Source: Eledone cirrhosa (Eukaryota). Taken from it: a stretch of 64,000 nucleotides of DNA. How positions within the stretch are numbered: position 1 is the stretch's first letter; each line of letters starts with the position of its first letter. The stretch spans positions 95,790,001 to 95,854,000 of the forward strand of contig OZ024740.1 of the NCBI GenBank assembly GCA_964016885.1, given 5' to 3'. Made by a program: the position numbers and the translations under genes. The notes below the pieces were generated by a model that was not told where the DNA came from, made no database searches, and worked only from the letters and a program-made list of their open reading frames with translations. Positions 13,519 through 26,409 of the stretch are shown here, piece after piece.

Positions 13519-14839
13519 ATTATAAAGTCGTATTAAATGTTACATTCATTACAATTCTTGTGATGCAAATATTTATGGTATTTATTGATTTGATGCATAT
13601 ATATCCCTCAGTAATTTCACTTCAATATTTATTTTTTTGATTGATTCAATTGTATTCGTAATCATATTCAATTCCTTTATAGAATGCTTTTCATCCAGAG
13701 CCCTCCCCGGCCATCTCTCATGCCTTGATGTGTATTGTTCTGATGTCTTGCATTTTGTGCAAAAGTAAAAGCCTTCTAAGCAATATATCTATCGCACGTA
13801 TTAGAGGTGTATTCTAAGTACGCAATTATGTTTTTTATGTCTTGGGGATTTACTAATTTTTTGAATTATTTCGGTTTTTTAAGCATACATTTGTTTCAGG
13901 AAGTTTTTTTTAATGAGATACATGTCTATATTCATTCGTTTATGAAATTAGCTTCTTCGTGTATAGAATCATATTCATGTTCCTAAACAATTTGTTCAAT
14001 GTAATGGATGTGTAAGAAGTAATTTATTTTCATATACGTTTCTTAATTCCGTATGTTTTTCCCTTTCCTTTTATTCGTTCTTGATGAATATAGAGATGAT
14101 ATTTGTAAATAATCGCTCCGAATGTACGGTTCTCACACTCAAACAAACCTTTAATTGGAATTATCAGAGCAACATTTTTTATGAGTATGACTACATGTAA
14201 CATATGATTGAAGCAAGCGTTAATCAATGTAATTACGACTCATCACATTAAAGAGCCTAGCTAATATTTATATTTTCAACGGTTTCCTAGAATTAGATAA
14301 TCATTGCAGATTGTATGAACCCATGATTATCGAACTTGTTTCATTGCTCCTATTGATATTACTTGGAAATGGATTATAATAGTAACTTTAAAATCATTTC
14401 CATCTTTATAATTTCTTTCAATTTCATACCCTGCAGACTAATTTGTAATATCTGTGCACATCATTCTTTGTAGGAATGGAGTTAGAAAGTTCTCAAAGAC
14501 ACAACCTCAACCATATTTGACTACTCTTTTCAAATATTATTATTTTTTATGTTCTGTTTTCCTATGATATTCGCGTTTTTTGTTTATCCAGCTTTTGAAA
14601 AATATATTTGATATTTTCTCTCTGGATTTGTATTCATTCTAAGCCATATCTAATTAATTAAATTCGTTTTCTACATTTTTCCTTCCAGATTTCTTTAATT
14701 AGTCATCTCATTTTAATAAGAGTCACTTTAATGGCATTTCATCCTTGGGCTGTTTTGTAATCTAGATACATTAAACTATAACATTTCTTGTTCTTATGAC
14801 TTTTACATTATTTGTTATTAAATTGTTTGTTCCTCACTG

Positions 14840-14840
14840 A

Positions 14841-14872
<32 letters not shown>

Positions 14873-15055
14873 ATTACTATTATTGTTATTATTATCAGTA
14901 TCATTATTATTATCTTCATCACCTTCCTATCATCATCAGCATCACCATCATCAACATCATCATCACCATCATCATCATCATCATCATCATCAACAACATC
15001 AACATCATCATCCTCATCAACATCATCACTCTGATCACCAGCAACATCCAGCTCA
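14840..15055. repeat. (CTT)n/(TAT)n/(CAT)n trinucleotide tract
   Basis: Directly visible. Confidence 0.9.
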
Positions 15056-16576
15056 TTAATAATATGTTTTACTTCATCATCGTCATTATTAAATTCTCAT
15101 TCAAATTATATATAGTGGTAGGCAGACAGTTTTGACCTAGGAATGCAAATTGATTCATTTTCCGTTTCAGGTCCGGTTATATTGCTCGTGCATGCACCTT
15201 CATTATTGGGTTTGTGCAAGGTTATGTATTTTATAATGTTATGTTACTTTTAAAACATGTTACTAGTTAATAAAAGCCACTTCTTATTTCATGGAATCAT
15301 ATTACGTACTATAAAGCCAGCCAGTTTTTCAATACAAATATTGAAACAATGAGATTTGTTTTAAAGAAAGTAAATTAGAAACAGAATGAATAATCGATAT
15401 ATTTCCAGAAGACTATGATGCAAATAGTTACACTTTAAAGAGAAGTTATTGCTGTCAAGAGTGAAACGAAGCTCTGCAGCTGTTTATCAGTTTCAATAAG
15501 TAGGAAAAATATAACAAGAAATTCATAACATGCGAGGGCTTTGATTTAATAAACGGTTGTATGCCATGATGCGTTGTCTATTGGCCACGGTTGAGAAGCG
15601 AGGCAATATCTACTCAATGTTTAAGGAGAGAATGATTGGCGGTGTTGTTGACGTTTGTTTTATCAACACAAACAGACTAACATGTAGAGCCATCATTTCT
15701 GCTGTGATATCACACAATAGCTTATTTGACAAACGCAAATATATTCCGGCGTTGTATCACAATGTGAAACTGGCATAAATATCAGCTTCTATAATATGAA
15801 TATGGGAGCAAGATCGCATGTTTTAGTTACGAGTTCATGGAAGAGGAGAAAAAGGGGTATAAAGATAGCTGACCAGAAATGTAATATTAAATCAATAACA
15901 AAAAATATATTCTTCCTTCGAACAAAAGCCGTAATGCGAAGATAATAAGAAAATCCACAAAAACGTATGGTGGGGCTGACCAATTATACCTTGATAAAAG
16001 GAAGCATGTGATCGTTTACGGATGCTAAATGGAAGAGAGCTACACTAAAAAGAGGAAAATAACTGAGAATAAATAAGCCTGAAAATTAGGTAATGAAACC
16101 GCAGTGAGAGACACATTATGTGAAAGCATGAGATTTACATTTCTTTACGTTACCACTGGAAAACGATTAGATATCCTGAATAACTTGAAGGTTTATGAAT
16201 CATTTTAAGATGAGCTAAGACCAGACCTAAGCATTCCACTAGCGAATTAACATTTCACAATTAAACAAAATGAGTCTCAAAATATCACGCACTACATGTG
16301 AAAGTCGAAGATGGAATAGTGGGTATTCTGTCAAAATCAACACTGGTATTGCTAGAAACATATGGAAAAACAAAGAGGGAAAGTTAGTTGGTTCATGGAT
16401 GTGAATTCATTCAGCCAAGATATTAGCATTGCAAACCACTGTAGGTAATATGTGCATATTACTTTTATTTGTATGGCATTGTATTTATTCATACATACAA
16501 TTTGACATCTGTATTCCTGTTAAGGTACACGTTAATATTTCATTACACCAATACAACGAGAGGAAAGTTAATAACA

Positions 16577-16617
16577 CCACTGATGATGTCACACGTGTGT
16601 GACGAAAGAACTGTGAG
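16577..16617 (+). ncRNA. Hammerhead motif, probably inactive (related to 46247 copy)
   Basis: CUGAUGA 16580-16586; stem II gtcacac/gtgtgac; GAAA 16604-16607; GAAC-UG puts G at the cleavage position. Confidence 0.65.
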
Positions 16618-17239
16618 AAAGTATATTCATATCTATATATTTAACAGTTGATCGAACAATGATAAAGATTGATTGCCAGCTGAATTATTTATTGAAATAT
16701 GAAATATACTTATGGGAAAAACCGACCCAAACAAAAGAGTGAGTGTATATTTCTAGATATTTTACTGACAATATTATAACCTGAACCTCCTGAAATATAA
16801 CAATAATATTTCATAATTTATTGTAAATTTCTTTTTATTTTTCATATCCCAAGTTCCTATATATATATATATGTGCTGGCATGACCACAGGTGTTATAAA
16901 AATATTTTGTACCGATTTTATTATTCCACATACCATTCTTGATGTTGGTGTTCATATTATTACTTTTATCCCTATTATTAAGTCCTTTGAGATGTGGTTC
17001 ACATTGATCCTGTAGTTATGCTATAATTTCCATTGTTTTACGAAATTATACGTAGAAGCTTTGTTACTCATACGTAGAACAACAAACCAGGACTTCAGGG
17101 TGCTGGTTACTTTTCTCTATCTGCAGATCTTAGGGATTAAAGCAGGTTTTTTATTTATCAAAACCACCCATAAATTATGTTTATCTTATGAAGGCAACAA
17201 AATGTTAGTATCCAGTATACATAGTAGCCTGCTGTCCAT

Positions 17240-18720
17240 GAAATGAAACAGCAAAAGTTTGCGAACAATGAGAGCAGGTGGAATAAGAATTACAACCCCA
17301 ACAACATCATCAGTAGCAATCGTAACATAACAATAACAATAGCCACGGCAACCAAAACCAAATGTCATATGAAGCTGCCGCGAAGGAATTACATTTTCAA
17401 AAACTGCCAATGTCTATCGTTGTGAGAAACGCCGCACCTAGAGGTACCGCTATAACCATAGCCAGAAATGAACCCACTAACATGGGCATCACAACCACGA
17501 CCAACACCACCAATGCTGCAACACAAACAAAACCAATAACAAGAATACAGACAACAGCAAGAAAACAAACGACAAGAACACCATGAACAATACTAACTAT
17601 AAAATCAACAAATAAAATTTAGCAATAAAAAAATATATAACAGAATTCTCGAATTTAACCCCGTTAAAACCAACACAAAAGCTACGAATTAATAAAATAA
17701 ACACAACAGATAGCACCAACCACATAAACGCAAAAGCTAAAACAACAACTTCCAGCAACTCAACTCCTATCCCCACACCAACAACAACAACAAAACCCCC
17801 ACTTAAATATAACCGGGAGACACTACAAATTAACAATACAGACTAGTAAGACAAAACAAATGGCAATAAAACCAATTACAGCATAAGCACTATCAGCAAC
17901 ACAAAGAAAACTAAAATTATGTTGCAGCTGTTGCTGCAAATATGAGATAACGGTTCGCAATGTATTTGGCCAAAACAACCAAACTAATTAAGTTCCAAAA
18001 TTATGTATCAATGTAGCCATTATTGCAGAGGTGTTGGTAGCGAGGGAAAAGAAAATAATTCTAATAAATCTCCAAAATGCTGAGATGGTACGGATTGAAC
18101 TGAAAAGGTCATTGAAAAACATGTTACTCCATATAGACCATATTTCAGGAGCCAGGCTTAATGCAAGTATGTTTCTGCACTTTACGTGTGAAGCTCTGGA
18201 TGTAAAACATTTTGTTAGCTCGTATAGTATTAACATCTATGTTTTTTTCCCCTCATATTTAGGGAACTGGACAGTAAGAGCAAGAATGTCTAGGATCCCA
18301 ACATAGGTGAATATATGGTGGGACCCCACCATGCTTGTTCCTGGAAGTAAACAAAACATACTTTTAACACTGGTCTGGGATCAGCTTGGGGGTGTCCTTT
18401 CACATAAATTGGACAAAATAGATAGGATTAAATACACCTTCGGGGAGGGATAGAGATTCATGTTATTGTTGAGGGCAACGCGTCACATTGCTATCTATTT
18501 GGGAAAGGTGTTCACTTGAGACCTTTTCTCATTAGCCAAATACGGAAGGAACCGAGTCCTATTGCAAATATAATCAGTAATACAACCGTAACAATTACAC
18601 CAGCAACAAAGAGAAAATACAGCGATAACTACAACAGCACCAAAAGCAACAGGAGAATAATTAAAACCACCCAGAGTAACAGCAAAATTGACTCTCCCTT
18701 TCCCTGTTGTCAAAACACGC
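17240..18720 (+). mobile_element. Old L1/Tx1 ORF1 remnant
   Basis: Near 18462-18530 reads VIVEGNASHCYLFGKGVHLRPF, homologous to the VIVEGRRPRCVVCGEGTHLRAFC zinc knuckle of the 59957 ORF1; Thr/Asn-rich flanks. Confidence 0.65.
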
Positions 18721-18829
18721 ACACACACACACGCACACATACACACACACAGACATAAACGAACACACACACACGCACACCTTTATTCTAGCATTCACAT
18801 CACAACACATACCTCGGTCAAAGGCTGCA

Positions 18830-20640
18830 GGATATTTCTTTTCTTTTAGTTTCGTTTATTGTTGACCTTTTGGATGTTTCTCGTTCTTTGCTGCGAGAAG
18901 ATTATGTTTGCCTTTATCAAATGACTCAAGGAAAACATCTTCATCACGCAGCGCGGAAAAGAAGTGCCCCAAAGGCCCGAGAATTATAAAATCAAACTCA
19001 TACGCTTATTGTTTATTACTCCCTTTTATTGCATTTTATTATTTGTCCTGAGAGAAATCTAAATAGGGCAATATATTTTACCTCCGTGAACGGAAACCCT
19101 CTAATATTAAATACTACAACCACAACTGTTACTTCTCCATGAAAGACAACTCCAACATTATCGATTCCGCCCTTGTAACATTCACCGATAGGAACAAGAA
19201 TTGCAAACCAATGTCATCAACAACAAAACAGTAAAAGACACAGAGTAAAACATTCAACCTGCAACCATAATACCGAGCCATACAACGACCAAATTAGGCA
19301 ACCAGCCAACAACAAAAGCGAAACTGCTTCAATCCAAGCTAATATCTCTGCCAGCAACACAGAAAATATTTTCACACAGGCCCCCACTTCTTCTAACTGA
19401 AAATCTTCGGCTATGAACAACATAACCTGGAGTAGACGGCGGATATCATACATCTGCATCAGCGTCAATAGCAGCTACAAATCACGAATAACTCCAGAAT
19501 CAACACGATCCACAGTGTCCTCACACGTGGACGAAATGACCCACTCGGATTTGGCATTACAGGGCTAGAATTTTGTTGAAACACAGGTGTCGCAAATTAA
19601 CGTGCACAATGAGAGAGAAAAAGAAGCATCTGCTTCCTTAACCCACAACAAGTTGACAAAAGAAAGTAAGAAACATAAGCCCAAAACACAGCGCCAGCAA
19701 AACTACCTTTTATCAATACATTCACAAAGAGCACAGACACCAAAATATGATAATATACAGCAACACCCAAATCCACCAACAAAAAGTGTTATACATGAAT
19801 GGTAAACACCTAAAACACAAATATAATTTCATGCCTATATACATTAAAATGCGGAATTAACTTCAGTCACTACGTTGATGGCCTGAGGTGGCGTTTGACA
19901 AACACTTTGTGGGCATAAGAGTGCTTTATAACACGAACCCCAAATTTCTAATATTCTGAGCTCCGCTGTCACATTTTCTATTTAAGGAGTAGAACATTAA
20001 AATAAAGCCTTTCTAGATTCGGACAAAATTTTGGTTTTTCGGTTAGCGTTAAAGAGTTGGAGTAACTGATGTGTAGAAACTTTTCGGATGATTCTGTACA
20101 TGAAGCCTGAATACCTAGATAAGAACACAGATCTCGATCGCCCGTGGACAGGAGTCGATATAACTGACATGGTTGAGTATAGACAGATGTGCCATCTATG
20201 TGGTGATACCAAAATGTTCTTACTTCAACACACTTCAGTCAACTGCCCAACCCGCGAAGACCATGGGCCCAACAGCAGTAATAAATGCAAAGTTTAACAA
20301 TAGCAACGCAAATGCAGGTACCAGAATCAATACCAATAACAGCGAAAAGAGCAACAGCGACAACACAAGAAATACTAACAAAACAAGCAGTTCCACACTT
20401 AGCAACCATAGTGCTACCACAACATAAACAATAAATACATCAAAGGGAAAAAGCAACAGAAGAGGAAACCATCAGCACATCCAATCAGCGGTTTTTGCAA
20501 GCAGCTCACCTTCCATTCACAAATACACAGTCACACACCTGTCCGATCTCTAATTAGTGATTGTTTTATTACTTTTAACATGTTTTTAATTGTATACGTT
20601 TATACCCCACTCTACAATGCGCAATAAAAGGAATATAATT
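18830..20640 (+). mobile_element. Second old LINE 5'/ORF1 remnant
   Basis: Low-complexity ACA-rich ORF fragments and CHLCG...HTSVNCP knuckle-like motif (20088-20297); followed by (TAG)n. Confidence 0.45.
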
Positions 20641-20717
20641 TTAGTAGTAGTAGTAGTAGTAGTAGTGGTAGTAGTAGTAGTAGTAGTAGTGGTAGTAGTA
20701 GTAGTAGTAGTAGTAGT
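20641..20717. repeat. (TAG)n microsatellite
   Basis: Directly visible. Confidence 0.95.
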
Positions 20718-21636
20718 TATTGTTGATATTTAAAAAAAAAACTACAATTTGGTTACACAGTTTTGGAAGATTAAGTGATTTTCTATGCTGAATATTTTTT
20801 TTGTTATTATTTTACGTCTGTATTTTTGAAAAGGTATATATAATATCCATTCAAAATTAACTATATATCGACCGTTTTGTTTTTGGCAGTGCGAATCTAC
20901 TGCATTTCAGTCGTAAGTCCTATACTCATACCACCACTGGTTTCTGACTATGAAACCATACATATGAAGTATATTATAAAAAGATATTTCGCACAGTAAC
21001 CCTGAAACATTTTAATGTTGAATACTTAATGTGGCATGCATATCTCGTCCATTCATAGACCGAATTAACAGCAACATATTCAACGTACACATCTAATGTG
21101 TGATTTGAAGAAATGTAAATTCTAAATCTAACGTGTTAAGCGAACAAATTTGCTTTTAAACGAACTGTAATTTTATGTGTATGTGCCATAATTCATTTCT
21201 TATGGGAAATGACTAAAATTGTTATTTTATATTACTACCAAGTACAACTGATTAATAATTTCTCACCAGATATGAACTGTTTGCTAACAAGTTTTTTAAT
21301 GATTTAATAACATAGTAATGCTTTATTTCGAATCACTTTCATTTTCCTTTCTCATTGATGTCATTTTACATATTTTTATGGGATTTTAAAAGATGTCCAT
21401 TACGATATTTGCACACCTGTTCAACATGTATATAGAATATTAATACGATATTAAAACATTTTATATCAATTTTATTTTATATGTGGGACGTTTGTATTAA
21501 AATTGTTCAAGCAAGAATTATGATAGTAAAATAACTTTCCTGCATGTAAATAATGAATGTATTTTCAATGTTTCCGTAGGCATTACAGAACGGTATATAT
21601 ACATACATACATACATACATATATTTGCATATACAT

Positions 21637-21694
<58 letters not shown>

Positions 21695-21704
21695 TATATA
21701 TATG

Positions 21705-21873
21705 CAAAAGTTTTATTTAAAGTTGTTGGGATACAACAAGTAAATATTTTAATAACTGATCTAAAGCACTCGACAAATTTTTGGAGTAGATATACGATAT
21801 TAATAAATGGAAACTATATTTATATAATGAAATAAATATGGTTTTATAAATATAGTTTCCATTTATTAATATA

Positions 21874-21875
<2 letters not shown>
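21705..21875 (-). mobile_element. Minimal fold-back + tail unit (family B) between (TA)n
   Basis: 28-bp perfect IR 21797-21824/21845-21872; tail homologous to reverse of 45550-45645. Confidence 0.78.
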
Positions 21876-21910
<35 letters not shown>

Positions 21911-23677
21911 TTATAGTTCGCTTCAGACGATTCATGGAAAATAATTTATATAGTCGTATAAAATATGTTTGAAATTTGCTACAGAAACCAAATCCAAATA
22001 TTTATATAACCGAATTCACTAGGCAGAAATCATTTTCAATATCGGCATTTACTAATAGTTTAAACAACTTCTATTTTCATTAGGATAATACGACGTAAGG
22101 CCCACGCAATTCCGTTGACTCTATCTTTGTAACAAAAAGTTAGCATGTTCGTTCAGCAGTTTTGTTAACAGCATCATTAACATCATCATCCAAGTCAATG
22201 CTGGAATATTTGCTATACTAGGATTGTTTTTATTTGGTCCATTTACAGTACACTAGAACCTCAATTTTTCTATGCATATATCGACCTATTAAACGACCAT
22301 ACGTATAGTACGCCACCTCGTTTTACAAGGACATTTTGAGAAAATTATAATTTTACTATACTTCTACATGAATTTCTTTAAAATTATTTCAATATTTAAT
22401 CAGTTCCACAACATTTTGCTTATGGAAATTATATTGTATAACTGCAATAATAATGCTAATAGTAATAAAAAAATTGATTTGTTTAAGCATTTTTTCCCCC
22501 AGACACCTTCGGCTCTTCCATCGATCATAGGTTCGTATTTCACACAGGGAAGAATTTTATGATTTTTGAGGGATAGATAGGGCGTCATATAGGCCAAAAA
22601 TATGTGTATTGTTGTGGACATGAAGAACGAATTGATGATAGTGAGTTTCGGTTTTATACCTACTTCTCTTTTTTTTTATGAATAAATGCTGAATCTGAAG
22701 CATTTCTACTTTAACCCTCGCGAAAATTGCATATATTGCAGGTTCCCACCTTTCAACTATGTCGGTTTGAACTGGAATCCGACTTAAGATCAGTCGAAAA
22801 CTGTTGCGGCAGACACTCCACTGAGTTCTTAATTATAAGTTCACCTGTAGAAGGTTGAGTGTAGTATCAGTTGGATGTAACTTGTAGAACACATGATAGT
22901 ACTTAAAGCATCGGAAGATGTTCTCCGACATTCACTTTATATGTCTTCTGCCAAGCTGTTAAACTTTCTGGAATTGGTTTTAACCGCTGAGTGACTTCGG
23001 GAGGAGGGGGGGCTGATATGACTTTACTTCTATAGTTGAAATGTCTTTCATGCCATCATATTATAACTAGCAGATACGTGTTTTTTGGTATTATTGTTAT
23101 TTAGCTGTAGCACATTCTTTTATACTCAGAAAAAGTTGATCATGTTTTATTTCCAATATATTATACTGGCGAATACAATATTGATATGAGGTTTCTTTTG
23201 TTCGAGATTCGGAAGGTATGTACAATTGGATCATTGACAGCAGACCGTATGCTTTCATAGACACATGTATATTAATATTATGAACCTATTCGATGTTTAT
23301 TATCATTGAAACCCAAAATCCGGTATGTCATTTGATGTATTTCGCTGGATGTTCGCAACCTTTATTATAGAATTATAGTAATTTTAAATATTTGAAACTA
23401 ATACCTCCTACAGGGTATTGCTAATTTAAATTCAGTTACTAAATTACGGAGTGAACATAAAGTATCATCAATAACATTACAAATTGAATTTTTATTAATC
23501 AGTTGACGTAAGTAGTTATGAAGCTAAAAATAATCAAAAGTGAATAAAATGTGAAAAATTGAGTTTAGTTTTGATTTATTAACTCAATATGAAAATTGAA
23601 TTATTATCGTACCAATGGCTATAGCTATTTCGTTTTTGTTTAACTTGCTTTCTGAAACATGAAATATATATATATAT

Positions 23678-23910
23678 ATAAATTAGACAATTATAAAAGT
23701 TGTGTTCAAATCATTTAATTGCTAACAATCGTTTCTTTGATAATCAACTTTGATAATTGTCTAATTTATTTTCCTGCTCTGTAAAACAACTGATGTTCTT
23801 ACATCGAGCTATTTCTCCTACTGGTAATAAGGTAGTAGGAAATTACTGACCTTTCCTGTTTATAGTTGTCTATAGTATATACATAACTATAAATAGTATT
23901 ATTATTATCA
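23678..23910 (+). mobile_element. Minimal fold-back + tail unit (family A) with half hammerhead
   Basis: 25-bp IR 23678-23702/23745-23769 (1 mismatch); minus-strand GAAAC-GAUU-GUU-agca at about 23720-23735; tail matches 3815-3960; TA flanks. Confidence 0.78.
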
Positions 23911-23926
23911 TATATATATATATGTA

Positions 23927-23978
<52 letters not shown>

Positions 23979-24825
23979 CAAACATTACGTAGTCGAATAA
24001 CTTTAAATGCCAATAATAACATCTATTTGCACTAAGTGACAGTATGTTTGCCAGCACAGCTGCTTTTGTTTTTAAATGAAATGACTACGAATTCAAGCAC
24101 TCAGTAGACTATCTATGATATATCTGCATTTCTTTTCTACTTTCTCACAAGAAGCTCTATCATTGTCAAGGTATTTAGATATACAAATATATACAATACA
24201 TATATGTATGAATACGAATCTTGAATTAGATGAAATTGTTTATAAGGAGTTGTGATTTGTAACAACATGGTATCGTGTTAAGTCCCACTGTGCGTAATCT
24301 AAATTTATATATACACGCATGTCTGTGTGTGTATATATATATGATTGGTTATATAAGTGATATATATATATATTTATTTGTTTATTTATATATAAATATG
24401 TATATATATATATATGAACATATAATATATTCATTTCTGATCCTTGACAACTATTTTTAAAAGATCTATTTATAAGCATTAAGTGCATCTGTTGTCGTGA
24501 AAGAACTGCAGAAAATGTGTAATCCATAAAATTGACCTGTTCACCTGCCTATTGTCAGAACTAGTGATCAGCCAGTCTGATAATATGCGCAAATCAGGCC
24601 GATGAGTCACTGTATATTTTAGAAAATATCATATATTTTCACTAGCTCTGACAATTAGCAGGTGAACAGTGAGTGAACTGCACTGATTAGTGTATCCAGT
24701 TCTGTTAACATGCCACACAAGAGCAAAACAGAAGAAGTTCACTGTACTGACATGTCTTTAAAAAAGAGGTTGTTTGCAAATGAATCGAATATTATTATTA
24801 ATATTCGAAATACTCAGATTACATT

Positions 24826-25558
<733 letters not shown>

Positions 25559-26409
25559 CAAGTGTTGTATTTTGCTTGAAAACATTGTTGAATAGGAAAC
25601 GCAAACTTAAATAATTTTGGAAACCATACAGTGCACTTGAAAATTTAAATTGCTAAGATAACAGGAGGATCTTCCCTTAAAACATTAATTATAAAAATCC
25701 ATTATTAGAGGAGCATCCCTGTGAGATACTTACAAGATCTATCGCAGATGACTTGTTACGAAGGCAGATTTAGTTAAATGAAACGAAAATATGTAAAAAT
25801 ATTGAGCGTGCGCGTTGTGAAATTTTTGTTAAACGTTTTATGAAAAGCATGTGTATGCGTGAATGTAAGTGTGCTTAGTGGGATGTATGTATGTGCGTGC
25901 ATGAATGTAGGTTTATGTAGTGAAAGGCGTGTGAGGATATTTATTTAATAAAAAGTGAAAAATATGTTTGTGATATATGTATGTGTGTTAGTCTAAGGGT
26001 GTACGCCTATAGATATAATTTGGAAGAATGAATACGGGTTTTTAAATTAGCCATTCTGGTGCACATACTTCTATTCAATTATTGATACTAATAATAATAA
26101 TAATAATGATAATAACAACCACAGCAACAACAACAACGATAACGATAATGGCTGAGATCGAAAAGTCATCCTCTGGCACAAACTCTTCTCCAATTATGGA
26201 TCTGCATGGTCACTTGATCAAGGATTGCCCCAACTCGAGCCCTCCAGACCCACCAGTCAAACCACCTCAAAATGAAAAACCTAAAAGGATGAAATAGACC
26301 CGAGAACAATATAAATAAGTAATATATGCATATTACTATGCATTAGGTAAGCCACCACAAGACAGACACAATTTAAACACCTACAAATTCAGGAAGACTC
26401 CGAATCAAA

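Noticed and set aside
13880-13965. Minus-strand GAAAC-AAAU-GUA half motif
   Set aside because: No convincing CUGANGA or stem II partner; at most a very old remnant.
15540-16400. Coding-like composition upstream of the 16577 HHR
   Set aside because: No recognisable motif or sustained ORF; cannot assign.
24770-24815. tcgaatatt/aatattcga hairpin followed by GAAA-like bases
   Set aside because: Lacks the CUGANGA core.
26082-26297. 71-aa ORF with GHLIKDCP
   Set aside because: Only a half zinc knuckle in low-complexity sequence; likely retroelement debris.
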